Shown here piece after piece: positions 1 through 12,177 of a stretch of DNA of 64,000 nucleotides. The stretch lies in assembly GCA_025603075.1 (NCBI GenBank), contig MU626286.1, forward strand, positions 94,239-158,238, read 5' to 3'. Both the position numbers and the translations under genes were made by a program. Below the pieces are notes generated by a model. It had not been told where the DNA came from. It made no database searches and was given only the letters and a program-made list of their open reading frames with translations. Position 1 is the stretch's first letter; the number at the start of each line of letters is the position of its first letter. Origin of the DNA: Neoconidiobolus thromboides FSU 785. Its lineage: Eukaryota > Fungi > Entomophthoromycota.

Positions 1-183
1 CCTCAATTTTTTTTCATTTTTTATTTTAGAACTAAAACTAGAAGTTGATTGGCTCTTACAAAAAAAGTAAAATAGCTATTTTCGAAATATTTTATAAGCA
101 AAGCATAATTTTATAAAATAATAAATAGTAATAAAATTTATATTAAAATCAATTGATTAAGTTTATTAATTAATTTATTTAAC

Positions 184-1773
184 CTAATGCCCACCTACTG
201 TAGGAACAACATTATCTTTTAAAGGAATATGTTTAAGAAATAGAGTAGAGATAAAAGATAATGCAGCATAAGGGATCATAGAGAGATATAAATATTTGAA
301 AGCGAGACAGTAAGCTTCAAAAACTAAATGCTGTTGTTGGTCTGATAATGTACGAATATTTGCAATAGAGCTTAAAATAAATTTAGGGTCAATAGTAGGA
401 ATCAATTCAGTCAATCCAGAAGCTAAACGATTGTTAAATACTGCTCCTTGAATTGCTAATCCAAACAACCCTCCTAATAAATTACTAAAATAAACCATAG
501 AAGTAGAAAGAGCAATGTCTTCTGTTGTTGAAGCTGCTTGTGCAACCATTACATTATTTTGATAGCATAAACCAACACCAATACCATTGATAAGTGCATA
601 TATAATTTCTTCTGCTCGTGTTAAATCTACTCTAAAAAGAGCACCAAATAAACTAGCACCAATAACTTGGATAGCACCAGCAATAATCGAAAGGAAACGA
701 TATTTTCCGGTTTTTGTGGTAATTGCGCCAGTAACAAAATTACAAGCAACAGCACCTAATAATAAAGGTAAAAGTTCTAAACCTGCATTGGTGGCATTTT
801 GACCTTTTACTACTTGATAATAAATTGGTAAATAATAAATTGATACCATAAGTAATGCACCAATAAAAAAGGAAGTGATATAAGCTGAAATAGTATTACG
901 GTTTAAAATCCTACCAGGTACGATGGGTTCTTTAGCTACTTTAACTTCAACATATACGAAAATAATTAAAAATACTACTGCTAATACTAAAGTCACAATA
1001 ACTGGAGCTGAAATCCATTCATATTCGGCACCTCCCCAAGTAAGTCCCAATACCAAACAAATAGTAAAGCAAGTTAAAGTAAAAGCTCCAAGGAAATCAA
1101 TTCGTTTGAGCTTGTCGCTTATTTTTCCTTGTGGAATAGGAAGATCTAAAAAGAAGACTACAACTAAAATAGTTATAGCACAAATTGGGATATTGATATA
1201 AAATGCCCATCTCCAAGTGACATGATCTGTAAATGCACCGCCGATTAAAGGTCCAATAATTGATGCAATAGCAAAAATACCACCAGCTAAAGCTAAAAAC
1301 ATACCTCGTTTTCTTGGTGGAATAATATCGGACATAATAATTACTGATAAAGAATAGAGACCACCACCACCTATCCCACTAATAGCACGAAATATAACCA
1401 AAGTAATCATATCCGGTGCTGCTCCACAGACAATGGAACCAATAGTAAATATTGATAAAGCAAATAAGACAGTATATTTACGACCAAAGATATCAGACAG
1501 TTTACCATACAAAGGTTGAAATGCAGTTGAAGTTAATAAATAAGAAGCCGCTACCCAAGTCACTAAATCTAAAGCTCCAAATTCCGAAACTATACTCGCC
1601 ATAGCAGTTGAAACAATAGTGTTGTCTAATGAAGATATAAAAATAGATAACACTAAACCAAAGATTAAGGCATTTAATTTTAAGCCTGATAGTTTGGGTT
1701 GTTCAATATTATTTCCTGTTTCAGTTGATTTTTCATTTATTGTAAAAGCATCTTCAATATTGGCAGGATCCAT
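184..1773 (-). CDS. MFS drug:H+ antiporter-2 (DHA2, 14-TM) efflux transporter
   Basis: Intact 529-aa ORF with LDNTIVSTA, YGKLSDIFGRK, FRAISGIGGGG, GPLIGGAFTDHVTWRWAFYINIP and DFLG motifs typical of fungal DHA2 pumps. Confidence 0.93.
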   Translation of the reverse strand: MDPANIEDAFTINEKSTETGNNIEQPKLSGLKLNALIFGLVLSIFISSLDNTIVSTAMASIVSEFGALDLVTWVAASYLLTSTAFQPLYGKLSDIFGRKYTVLFALSIFTIGSIVCGAAPDMITLVIFRAISGIGGGGLYSLSVIIMSDIIPPRKRGMFLALAGGIFAIASIIGPLIGGAFTDHVTWRWAFYINIPICAITILVVVFFLDLPIPQGKISDKLKRIDFLGAFTLTCFTICLVLGLTWGGAEYEWISAPVIVTLVLAVVFLIIFVYVEVKVAKEPIVPGRILNRNTISAYITSFFIGALLMVSIYYLPIYYQVVKGQNATNAGLELLPLLLGAVACNFVTGAITTKTGKYRFLSIIAGAIQVIGASLFGALFRVDLTRAEEIIYALINGIGVGLCYQNNVMVAQAASTTEDIALSTSMVYFSNLLGGLFGLAIQGAVFNNRLASGLTELIPTIDPKFILSSIANIRTLSDQQQHLVFEAYCLAFKYLYLSMIPYAALSFISTLFLKHIPLKDNVVPTVGGH

Positions 1774-2769
1774 TTTAGTTTGATGGCTAATTTAAAAGCA
1801 AAAAGTTTACCAGTTTCAAAATCAATCTCTTTTATAGTTTTTTAATTTATATTATTAATTTTATTCTTATTGTTTTTACTTTAACATGTCAAAGGAGTTC
1901 AATTCCTGTAGAATATTTTGCTTAGAATTCCCGATAACAAGCTAATCTTAGTAAGTTTAATTAGTTGTTCTTGATTGGAGAATTTGGGGTATTAAATTAA
2001 TCAAATATCAATAAAAATAAAATAGAGTTCTATTATATTAGGCTTATTATATTTTTATTATGAATTCATTATTAATTCTTTTTATATTAAAATAGGGGAT
2101 TGTATTTTTATGTAGTAATTTAGAATTGCTATTTCCAATGATCTAATATAAATATTTAATTTTTAATTAAGTTTTATCCAAATGAGTTGCGTTAATTAAC
2201 TTATTCCTTAAGTTTATCCCTTTAAATTACCCTTGTATTTCAAATAGTCGCTTTAGATTAACAATAATTTTATGCATCAACTGTGTTTTTTATATTTATT
2301 TATAGTAGGTTGTAATATATTTTATTTAACATAAAAAAGAACATTTTGAGTGATAATTGAATATTTCTAAAAATAAAATATCTCAATACTTTAACCATTT
2401 TTGTCTATTTTCTGAAAACATACTTATTCCTGTGAACAAGTAATGAATTTATCTTAAAGAAAAGCTAAAGAAATTTCATTAATAAGACTCAATTGAAGAT
2501 TTCTAATGAAAACGATAAAATGGCGGCCCATTGGAAGTCGTTGCATTTTTTGGTGGTAACTTTAATCGAATGCTCATCCTCTTATTTAATCAGAGCCATC
2601 CATTTCAAGAAAAGAACCTAAATAGGGATTTTTATGTTTTGTAATTTTATAATCAAGTAAATTATTAAATCAATTATCAGAAAATGTACTATGGCAAAAA
2701 TCTAAGAAAAGAACTACCTTCAATATAATTCCTTCTTTAAGCATTTAGTATATAAGTTGAACAATTTCC

Positions 2770-3423
2770 CTAACATTTAATATTACTAATATGGTCCATG
2801 TATTTACTCAAATTACAATATTCCAATTGACTTTGGCTATTTATAGACAAAAAACATAAAGTTTCTAGACAAAAATAAAGATTGATGTTAGTTGATACAA
2901 TATGATTTCCAACTAGATGGTTTTTATCTTTTAATTCAATATTAAGGTAACTTAATGAAGGTCCGAATAATTCACAAACTTTAGCTTCCATCTTTTATCA
3001 TAGGAATTATACCCAAGATAAGGCATTGAAGTTAGTACAATTATTGGAGAGATGTAAGATTCAGCAAAGAAGAGGTATTAATGAATTTTAGATCTTTCTT
3101 TAGTATTATTACCCAATAATGCGCTATTTTTCTTTTTGTAAGTTGTATGTGATAGTATAGTTGCAGACTCTGTTAACATTATACCATCTTTAGTTTCAAA
3201 AGCTGGAGTTTGGCCCAATGGGGATTTTGTTAAATATTTGGAAGTTATGTTGTTTATACCAAATAAAAAATTGGGGCAAGAATCTATTTCAATTTCATTA
3301 AGTCTAACGATTGCGATAATTTTTCTATTCGAGAATTTTTTAGTTCTTCGTATAAACGCTATAAAGCATTATATGTATAATAACATAAATATAGTGTACT
3401 AAACTTACACCGACTGATACCAT
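2770..3423 (-). pseudogene. eEF1B-gamma-type GST-domain pseudogene, copy 1
   Basis: ATG at 3423, a short intron, then frameshifted segments reading RLY..KNSR and FLFGINN..KYLTKSPLGQTPAFETKDGIMLTESATI, which match the eEF1B-gamma GST-N signature. No C-terminal EF1G domain was seen. Confidence 0.7.
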
Positions 3424-3838
3424 AGCTGATTAATAATTAAAACCTCCATCTAATTAGTTATTTTAACTACTATTTATACTTACTTTATTAATAGTTAATT
3501 CAAGTAAATTAAAGGTATGAAATATTAAAATTGGACTAGGTTGTTTTACTATCCAGTTGTTTTATCAATAAAGATTAAAATGAGGCTTTATTATATCATC
3601 AACATAAAATTCAAAAGGTTGTTCATAATATCGATATAAGTTAACTCATATCTACACTATAAGCCATAGTTCAGTCTAATAATTTAATAAATTTTATTAT
3701 AAGGTTGAATGTTTGAACATATCAAAGCTCCTATTTTTCTTTTTTATCTTAGTTGCTCTTTAATAAATACGGAAAGCATTCGATTTTGTTAGTAAATCCT
3801 TGAATGAAAACATATTTTAAAAAAGTCTTATCAAATAT

Positions 3839-3946
3839 TATATGAGTATGTATTTTTTTTTGTTTAAGAATTTTACTGATAGCCTTTCCACCGAAATAAC
3901 GCTTAAAAATGGAAGAAATAATGAAACTAAAAAAATACCCCCATAT
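3839..3946 (+). mobile_element. MITE-like element family A, copy 1
   Basis: TATATGAGTATGTATTTT...TTAAGAATTTTACT...GCTTAAAAATGGAAG...AAAAATACCCCCATAT matches the family consensus with terminal inverted repeats. Confidence 0.85.
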
Positions 3947-4357
3947 GGTATTTCTTACTATCTAAGTTGCGGTTTTTGTTAAAATCCTTCCCCGGTTCCC
4001 CAACAACTATTTTCTAGATTTTTGTTTTGTATTAGATCTTTTCATATCGTGACTGCCTTTTTTTGTTTCATTTCTTAAACAAAAAGAAATTAGAAAATAT
4101 TGGCTGAATGCTAAGCAAGAAAAGTTGACAATTAGTAAGAAATTATATGTTACGTCCATAGGTTGAGGAATTGGAGATAAACGCACTGTCTCAGGAAACC
4201 AAAAATTGTTTATTTTTCAAGACTGCAACTTTTTAACAATATAGCTTAACAATCAATTAAAAACGGATGGGTTTTTTAAATTATAAACCTGGTAAATAAT
4301 GTGTTCGGATCTTGAGCTTAAAATTAAAAAATTAGTTAAAATTAAAAAACATTTAAT

Positions 4358-4460
4358 TATATGAGGATGTTTTTTTTGATTTCATCACTTTTATATCTTT
4401 TAAGACCTATTTAAGTGGAAAGATTGTTAGTAAAATTCTCAAAAAATACATCCCCATATA
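4358..4460 (-). mobile_element. MITE-like element family A, copy 2
   Basis: Reverse-orientation copy, TATATGAGGATG...TTAGTAAAATTCT...TACATCCCCATATA. Confidence 0.85.
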
Positions 4461-5583
4461 ACGTTTTTAAAGTATATTCTTATAATAAGAATTTTATTAT
4501 TTTTAGAAATTACTTATATATCAGGATAAAATAATAGTTTATTTATTTATGATTTATATCTGCAACTTAATTTAAACTTTTATTTTATTCTGATATATAA
4601 TTTCTAACTCATATAACCCTTTTTCTGTTGGAATTATCGCTTTCCTGCTAACGACTCTGGATTTGCTTCAATCTTACTGTTTATATTGAAGAATTCTTTC
4701 GAATTTTTTGTACTTTTCCACTATCTTTTTTGTGTAGCCAATCCTTTTACATTAATAGTTTCCTTTAACCTCTTTTTTGAGAAATAAACCCCTTAGCAAT
4801 ATTATAAGTAATATAATGTATATAGGTTGTTTTTTCTGTAGACAATCCTTGTTTGATGACCATTACATACAAATACATTTCATCTTATTCTTGAAGACAC
4901 ACTTCTCCAGCTCTTATATTTCCTTTAGTTTTTTTCTCTTGATTAACAATGATTTTTTCGAAACCGCAACTTATAGATAACTCATTATTACCTTCCCTTG
5001 TACTCTTTTTCTATTTAATTAATAGCTTCAATAAACTCCTTTTAGCTTTTTTCTTAATTTTATAATATGACTGTTGATTACTATTGATTTGTTTCTTACT
5101 TACCTTTTTACCCATTAAGATTTAAAATTAAAATGGAATGAAACGTAATTTAAACTAAACACTAATGTTTTAATTTTGACATTAAGTAAAAAAATTTAAA
5201 TATTTTAAACTATGTTTTGCTTCTTACCTGATGGAATACTATGTTATCTTTCCAATTTTATAAAGTCTGAAGTCCTAAGCTTTGTACATTTGCTTTTTTT
5301 GTTAACAATTATAACAAAAACAATAGTAACTTAAGCAATAATCTTAAATCATTGTTAACTATTTTATCTTTACTTCTTTCTAGGAATCTCTCTCTAAATA
5401 GCAATACTTCACTAAATATACTAATAATAAATCGCAACATCCTTTTGTCTTACTATGTCGACGGTCTTTTGTCTATAAGATTAACATCTTATATTATTAA
5501 ATACTGGAACTAGAAAGATATTTCTATATGCAATAAAGCCTAAAAAAATTATAATCATAAAAATCAGACTGTTTCGAAAGCAA

Positions 5584-5689
5584 TATAAGGGGATGTATTT
5601 TTGTGTTTAAGAATTTTACTAATAGTTTTTCCACTCAAATAGCGCTTAAAAGATGGAAAAAGTAATGAAACCAAAAAAACACCCCCATA
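5584..5689 (+). mobile_element. MITE-like element family A, copy 3
   Basis: TATAAGGGGATGTATTTTTGTGTTTAAGAATTTTACT...AATAGCGCTTAAAAGATGG...CACCCCCATA. Confidence 0.88.
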
Positions 5690-5719
5690 AATTAAAATAA
5701 ATCCAATTTTGTTTAATGT

Positions 5720-6442
5720 AAACTCCTCCTTGCTCTTTTTGGATAAATTTAGGATACTTGTCCAAATATTTATTACCCCCTAGTAACTTCTAATCTTTGA
5801 CATATTATCCAGAATGCTCATATACCTACTAAAATCAGGATATTTCTTACGATCCTGTTTACTTAATAGGAATGTAGTATTTCCTAACATAAATAAAGAT
5901 TAATACCCATTATAGTGATCTGATTTCCGATTAAATATGTTTCCCAGTTAATTCATTATTAGGGTAATTTAGTAAATACTCAATTTGCTTATAATTTTTA
6001 GTTTGTAATGCTTCATCATATTCCCTATAACCAACATAAGGTAATAAAATTGGAATGAAAATTTGAGAAATGAGAAATTCAGCAAAAAACAGATATCAAT
6101 GAATTTTGAATGTTTCATTCGCATTTGGACCTAACAATGGGTTGTTTTCTTTTTGGGATGCTATATACAATGGTATTGCTGCTAATTTTGTTAATATCAA
6201 ACTATATTTGGTTTCAAATGCTGAGGTATGGCTTAAAGGAATGTTTTTACATATCCAGGAGTTCTGTTGTTTGTACCAAATAAAAAGTTGGGATCAAAGT
6301 CAATTTCTATTTCACATAGTTTGACAATGACTAAAGATTTGTACACTCGAAAGTTTTTTTAGATCCGTATAAACACTATAAAACTTATTAAATAAAATAC
6401 TATAAATAAAACAATACTATAATTGCCTTCAATTGATATCAT
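5720..6442 (-). pseudogene. eEF1B-gamma-type GST-domain pseudogene, copy 2
   Basis: Reads LKNFRVYKSLVIVKL..FDPNFLFGTNNRTPGY, then a frameshift, then SAFETK..LTK.AAI.LYIASQK..NPLLG, with stops. Colinear with copy 1. The 3' end is approximate. Confidence 0.7.
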
Positions 6443-7518
6443 TGTTACATTAGTAGTTAAAATCAAACTGAATCATAGTATTTTGGTAGATATTTATACT
6501 TATTTGATTATTGGTTGATGTAAATTAAGTATATAACAAAATAAATTTTAACAAGGTCATCATCATCATCTTGTTTTAAAAAGCTCGATGAGGTTTTATC
6601 ATTATTATAAAATGTAGTTAGAAAGTTTATTAAGATATCAACGCAAGTTGACCTGTATCTAAATAGCAAGCTGTAGTTTATACTGACTATTTGATAAAAA
6701 CTAGTCCATGACTAGCTGAATATATCGAAATATCTGTTTTTGTTTCTTTATTTCATGTATTATGAAATATAAAATCTATATTATTGTTAGTTAAATCCTT
6801 AAAACACATCACAAATTATTTTTAAATTGACATACAATTATTATCTACTGTTCAAGTTTTGAGTTGAAAAAACATTGTTCCAGATTTTAAGCAAATATTA
6901 TCAGCTTTGAGAGCTTTGTATAGAACTCCTTGATGTCTTTCAAAATATCATAGTTTGCACTACTGAAATAAAATCTGAGCAAATTATTTACTTTGTCACT
7001 GCTACATTCATTTAATATAAAATGATGAAAAACAAAATGATTAGAATAAAAGTATTAAAAAAAATAGCAAATTACAAAGTTTGCCTACACTTAAGTTATT
7101 TTAGCAATATAAAATAAAAATTAGTGAATAGCTATTAAATTCGGAAATTCAAATTAGAACTTAAATAGAAAATGCTATATTAAAATTGATAAAGTGATGT
7201 TATACTTCTCAATTTTGTGTTCTTCATCTAATAGCTCCATAAATAGATTATTATTTTACCATCATCTCTTCTTGATTGCCTGTATTACCCCTCTTTTTGG
7301 AATCCACCCCTTCAACTAAATTTTCATAACTCCTCTTACTCATTTCATTATGGCTCTCTTATGGAACAAATCGTTACCCGACTTAGGTAAAGATCAAAGA
7401 AAACATAAACCATTGTAGTAAACTACATGTGTTTTCAAACAAAAAGTAAAAGAATCAAAATAATTAATTAAAATATAAGTTTATTAATATACAATAACAA
7501 TTAGATTGAGAGAGAGAA

Positions 7519-9177
7519 TTAATGTTTTTTACTTTCGAGCTTTAACTCACCTTGTAAAATTAAGTTTTCTCCTTCATGCTTGAGCTCTTCTTTATGCAAT
7601 AACTTTCCTAATAATACTTTAGCTTTTCCTTTGAGTTTATCAGTGTGACCACCTGAGTTTCTTTTGTCATTTGGATCATGGCCATCAACATGATGATCCT
7701 TATTACCTATAGCGCTATGATCTTTGGTATTTGTAACTTTGTTTTCAGTTCTTAACACACTGGTTTCTTTGTGATCTAGATTTACATTGTTATTTAATGG
7801 ATTGGCTTTAGCAACATCATCTGGTTTTGTTCCAACATGAATAGGGTCATTAGTGGCAATATCATCTATATTACATTTACCATTATCATTTAAAGCCCCA
7901 TCTTTGGTACCATGTAACTTAGCATCATGAGCTTTGTTATCATGTACTGTAGTATTGTGCAATTTATTATCATGTACTTTAGTAGTATCCGATTCAGGAT
8001 TAGGTACATTTGAGCTAGCAATAAGAGGATTGACGCTAGAAACTGCAGTTCCAGTTCCAGCAATTGCAGCAGATGGGATAACAGAATGCTTTACTTTACT
8101 ATTATGACTCTCTTGATGAATACCATGAGCATGGCTATCATGTCTCAAATCATGACTATCTTTCTCATGCTTTAATGTGTGACCATGTTTGTTATGGGTT
8201 GAATCATGTTGTACCTTTGAAGCATCAGGGTAATGAGTATCAATTATACCAGGCATTGGAGTCGCTGCTAAACCGGTTAACTTTTTTTCACCAGTATGGA
8301 TATGAGGATGAGATTTATGTTCATCATCGTTAACATTATTAGTACCTGTAATTGATACATGATGTTTATTATCAAGATCTCCATTTGAATTAACTGGGTA
8401 ATTAGTATCTCTTACACCGTTATTTAAATGATGATCTTCTGTACTATTATTATGAAATTTGTCACTGATGGTATTGTTTAATGCTGGATTATTATGCTCA
8501 AATGGCTGGTTTTTGAACTCTTCGTTTGTAATATCTTCTGGGATTGGCTTAAAATTATTAGAGGTAACACCGTTATTATTTAAGTTGTCATGATGGCCAG
8601 CAGTGTTAGAAATACTATTTAAATTACCATGAGTATTAGACGTAGCCCCAATGTTGTTTAAATTGTTATGGTTATCAGCAGTAACAAGGTTACTATTTAA
8701 ATTTTTCTGGTTAGAAGTAGTAGAATTACTATTTAAGTTGTCATGGTGATTAATAGTAGAAGGAATGCCGTTTAAATCGCTATTATGATTATTGTTATCA
8801 AGGTTGATATTTAAATTAGTACGGTTATCACCAGTGGTAGTAAAACTATTTGATTTGTTATGTTGATTGCTATTAGTGGTGCTATCTAAATTGATATGAT
8901 GGTTAGTAGGAGAAAGTTTACTATTTAAATTATGATGATTAGTAGTAGCGGTGGTAGGATTGTTACTTAAATCAGCATCTTCATTACCAGTAATACGGTT
9001 ATCACTTAAACTAAGATTATCATTATTTAAAGCTCCATAGTTACCAGTAGTAGTAGTAGTACCATTTAAACCATCGGTATGACCGAATGCAGAATTTGTG
9101 GTGTTAGAAATATTATCTTTAGGATATTCCGAGTTAAGGTGGTGGCTTTGAGTGTTGTTATTTTCTGTAAGATTCAT
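7519..9177 (-). CDS. Asn/His-rich intrinsically disordered hydrophilin-like protein with CsbD-like C-terminal helix
   Basis: Intact 552-aa intronless ORF with H-H-x-N-L-N repeats and the terminus DKLKGKAKVLLGKLLHKEELKHEGE. The function is inferred. Confidence 0.75.
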   Translation of the reverse strand: MNLTENNNTQSHHLNSEYPKDNISNTTNSAFGHTDGLNGTTTTTGNYGALNNDNLSLSDNRITGNEDADLSNNPTTATTNHHNLNSKLSPTNHHINLDSTTNSNQHNKSNSFTTTGDNRTNLNINLDNNNHNSDLNGIPSTINHHDNLNSNSTTSNQKNLNSNLVTADNHNNLNNIGATSNTHGNLNSISNTAGHHDNLNNNGVTSNNFKPIPEDITNEEFKNQPFEHNNPALNNTISDKFHNNSTEDHHLNNGVRDTNYPVNSNGDLDNKHHVSITGTNNVNDDEHKSHPHIHTGEKKLTGLAATPMPGIIDTHYPDASKVQHDSTHNKHGHTLKHEKDSHDLRHDSHAHGIHQESHNSKVKHSVIPSAAIAGTGTAVSSVNPLIASSNVPNPESDTTKVHDNKLHNTTVHDNKAHDAKLHGTKDGALNDNGKCNIDDIATNDPIHVGTKPDDVAKANPLNNNVNLDHKETSVLRTENKVTNTKDHSAIGNKDHHVDGHDPNDKRNSGGHTDKLKGKAKVLLGKLLHKEELKHEGENLILQGELKLESKKH

Positions 9178-9218
9178 TTTGATTATTTATTTTTTATAAA
9201 GTATGCAATGCCCATTTG

Positions 9219-9259
9219 TTTATATACTATAGTTTTAGACATTCAATTTTATGACGTAA
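9219..9259 (-). promoter_or_regulatory. CRE-like site plus TATA box of the 7519-9177 gene
   Basis: TGACGTAA at 9252-9259 and minus-strand TATATAAA at 9226-9219, separated by 25 nt. Confidence 0.6.
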
Positions 9260-10472
9260 CTGAATGCGATCAGAGTTTAGATAGATGTAAAAATGACCTC
9301 ATTTTTTAAAAGATTATTGAGTTTATGTAAGTTGATAATGTTATTTAATGGATGATTATTCTCACTACAATAACTATTACAAAAGTTTGTGATTTTAATT
9401 GATGAATTTGTACCAGTATATTATTTTTATTACAATGCTGTTTTGAATAAAGCTTATTAGTCTAAATTTTATATTATATTATTTTAATATCGAACTACTA
9501 ATATAAAAATAGTAGTAATTAAAGGCCTGTCAATGACAAATATGAGCTTGTCTAAAGATATCAAAATTTTATGCCAGTAAAAAACCTGATATTTACAACT
9601 TATGACTACTTCATTACTTATATTATATCAATCAAAACTTTATATTTTTAATATTTTTGTTTATTTTTAAACTTTAACCTTAAATTTAAAAATTCGGTTT
9701 TATTACCAATTATGAGATCACTTTAATTATTTTGTTAAAAATGTTTTAGATCATTTTAATTTTAAATTTCTAATTTACTATAAATATTTTGTTGTTACAA
9801 AAGGGCTAATATGATTGGTTCTTTCATGATTTTAAATGTTTATTAAAAATAAGAGTATAATATTGTTTTATAAGTAATAATTCTATTTTAATATAAATTT
9901 TTATCTAGAATGTAGCTTCAAAGTGTAAGTCAAAAGTTTTATACTCTTTTTTTTTTCATTGTAAAGTGTTTATAAAGGATACAACATCTGCTTTTATTAA
10001 ATAAACTAGTATACATTAATATTGATTTTTTGTATCCTGCTATAATTTATATTTCCGTTTGATGATTTTTTAGTAAATAAGGTTTTAAAAAAGATTTAGA
10101 GTTCAAATTTACCTCAAATTACATACTTTCTATTAATTTACTGTAGATAAAAACAGTTTTGAGGGTTATTAAGGGGATGAGACAAGATATATCAACTGTT
10201 TAAACAAGGTCAACTTTTTCTAACAAAAAACCGTGTAAATAAAACCTCTGAATACTTCCAAGCTCCAATTTGGTCATTTTTAGTAAATGGTTCTTATTTT
10301 CTTATCGTACGATGTATATTCTAAGTTTTACTAGAAAATTCAAATTGTAGATCTGAAACTATATTTGTATATTTAGGTTTTAAGAACTTGTTAAAAATCC
10401 ATATTACCTGTGTTTTTCTCGAAAAGTTTTCAAATAGAACATTGACACATCATTTCTTTTCGATGAGATCCG

Positions 10473-10513
10473 TGACATCATCATGATGAATCAAAAATAT
10501 TAGAGTATATAAA
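10473..10513 (+). promoter_or_regulatory. CRE-like site plus TATA box of the 10556 gene
   Basis: TGACATCA at 10473-10480 and TATATAAA at 10506-10513, separated by 25 nt. Confidence 0.6.
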
Positions 10514-10555
10514 CAGAATGTAAATGTGTTAGAAGGTAAATAAAATAAAAACAAC

Positions 10556-11641
10556 ATGTATAGTGAAAATCAAGATCAATTAAATTACACTCATAACAAG
10601 GATTCTAATTTGAATAACCTTGACTCCAACCAAGCCCATACCACAGGCCCCACTGTTGTAAAGAATCCCACTTATAATAACAACGTTAACTCATCCAATA
10701 CTACTGGTATAAGTAGTAATCCAACCCACAAACAATACAATGATTTAAATTCGGTGTCATATAATCCTAATAATACCAATGACCTTAATAATCTTAATAC
10801 TGCCACTGCCACTGCCGCGAGTGGTAAACCAAGTAACAACCATCTCAACAATTTGAATTCAGAGACATACAATAGTAATACTGTTAACACCAGTACCACC
10901 AACCATAGTTATACCCCAAGCGAGACCCAGAATAGCACCACGTTTAATAACTCTAGTAATAACCCCGGATTAAGCAATAACCTTGATAATTCCTTTGGCG
11001 CCAATAAGTATAATAGCCAATACAGTAATAACAATGAAGCTTACGATCATGAACGTGTTAATCCTAATACCAATATCCATTCTATCAATAATCAAGCCCA
11101 TGGAAATAATACTTTAGCTGATCCTATTAATGATCATAGTAGAGTCAATAATAATCTTGACCATTCTAATCCTGGCGATAAGCATCATAATAACCACTCT
11201 AATCATGGCAAAACTCATGGAACAGCACTAGGTAGCATGGCTATTGCTATGGGTGCTAATTCGGCAGATATGGCTTGTGTTATGGCATCTCAAGAAGAAA
11301 GCAGACAGCATGAAAATCAACTCAATGATTTTAATCAAACTCATCCAAATCAACAACATAATGATTTGAATCAAACTCATGGTAATACTCATACTACTCA
11401 ATCACATAACATGAACCATAGTAATTTAAATAAACATGACAATAGTTTAAATCAAACTCACAACAATAACCTAAATCAGACTCATCCAAATCAACAATAT
11501 AATGATTTGAATCAAACCCATAGTAACACTCATACTACACAACCACACCACAAGGTAGATCACAGTGATACTAAAGATCATAAGGAGAGCGGTATTAAAG
11601 AAAAAGTGAAGCATGCTATTGATAAAGTATTTCACCATTAA
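10556..11641 (+). CDS. Asn/His-rich hydrophilin/dehydrin-like disordered protein, paralog 1
   Basis: Intact 361-aa ORF with NQTH..Q.NDL repeats and the terminus KESGIKEKVKHAIDKVFHH. Clearly homologous to 12266-13120. Confidence 0.8.
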   Translation: MYSENQDQLNYTHNKDSNLNNLDSNQAHTTGPTVVKNPTYNNNVNSSNTTGISSNPTHKQYNDLNSVSYNPNNTNDLNNLNTATATAASGKPSNNHLNNLNSETYNSNTVNTSTTNHSYTPSETQNSTTFNNSSNNPGLSNNLDNSFGANKYNSQYSNNNEAYDHERVNPNTNIHSINNQAHGNNTLADPINDHSRVNNNLDHSNPGDKHHNNHSNHGKTHGTALGSMAIAMGANSADMACVMASQEESRQHENQLNDFNQTHPNQQHNDLNQTHGNTHTTQSHNMNHSNLNKHDNSLNQTHNNNLNQTHPNQQYNDLNQTHSNTHTTQPHHKVDHSDTKDHKESGIKEKVKHAIDKVFHH

Positions 11642-12177
11642 GTTTAAGTTTTTGTAAATAAATAATTTATGCTGTAATTTTGTTTTTAGTTTTTATTATA
11701 ATTTTAATCATATTTTTATAATTGAAGCAATAATACAACTAAATATTTTGTCTGTGTTCTTTATCAGTTTTTCTACTCAATAGTGCTTAAAATAAGGAAG
11801 AATAAATTAAAATGAAAAAGTTATAGTCCTATTTTTTATTTTAGTTTAAAATGGTCCCTATAAATTTTAAGTTATTGAGACGATAGGTAGCCATTTATCA
11901 GCTGTCTAAACAAGGTACATTTTTAATAATGAAAACTAAAATAACAATATCTTATCATGTTTTCCTCATTAAACCCTCAGTTATCTTTAACTATTCAAGG
12001 TTCTTATCATTTTTATCGTATGATTATTATTTCAATTCTACTGAAAGATAAAAATCCTTGATTTAGAACTCCATATTTTTTGTATTGTTGAGTTTCTTAT
12101 GTTTCATGTATTTTTCATGATAATAAGCTTTTAGAAAAAATAGTGACACATCATTCTCATTTTTTTGAAAAAAATCG

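Noticed and set aside
587-1201. Plus-strand ORFs at 587 and 923, and similar antisense ORFs at 10672, 23240, 32391, 38491, 55209, 60448 and 62487
   Set aside because: They overlap well-supported genes or pseudogenes on the opposite strand or another frame and have no independent features.
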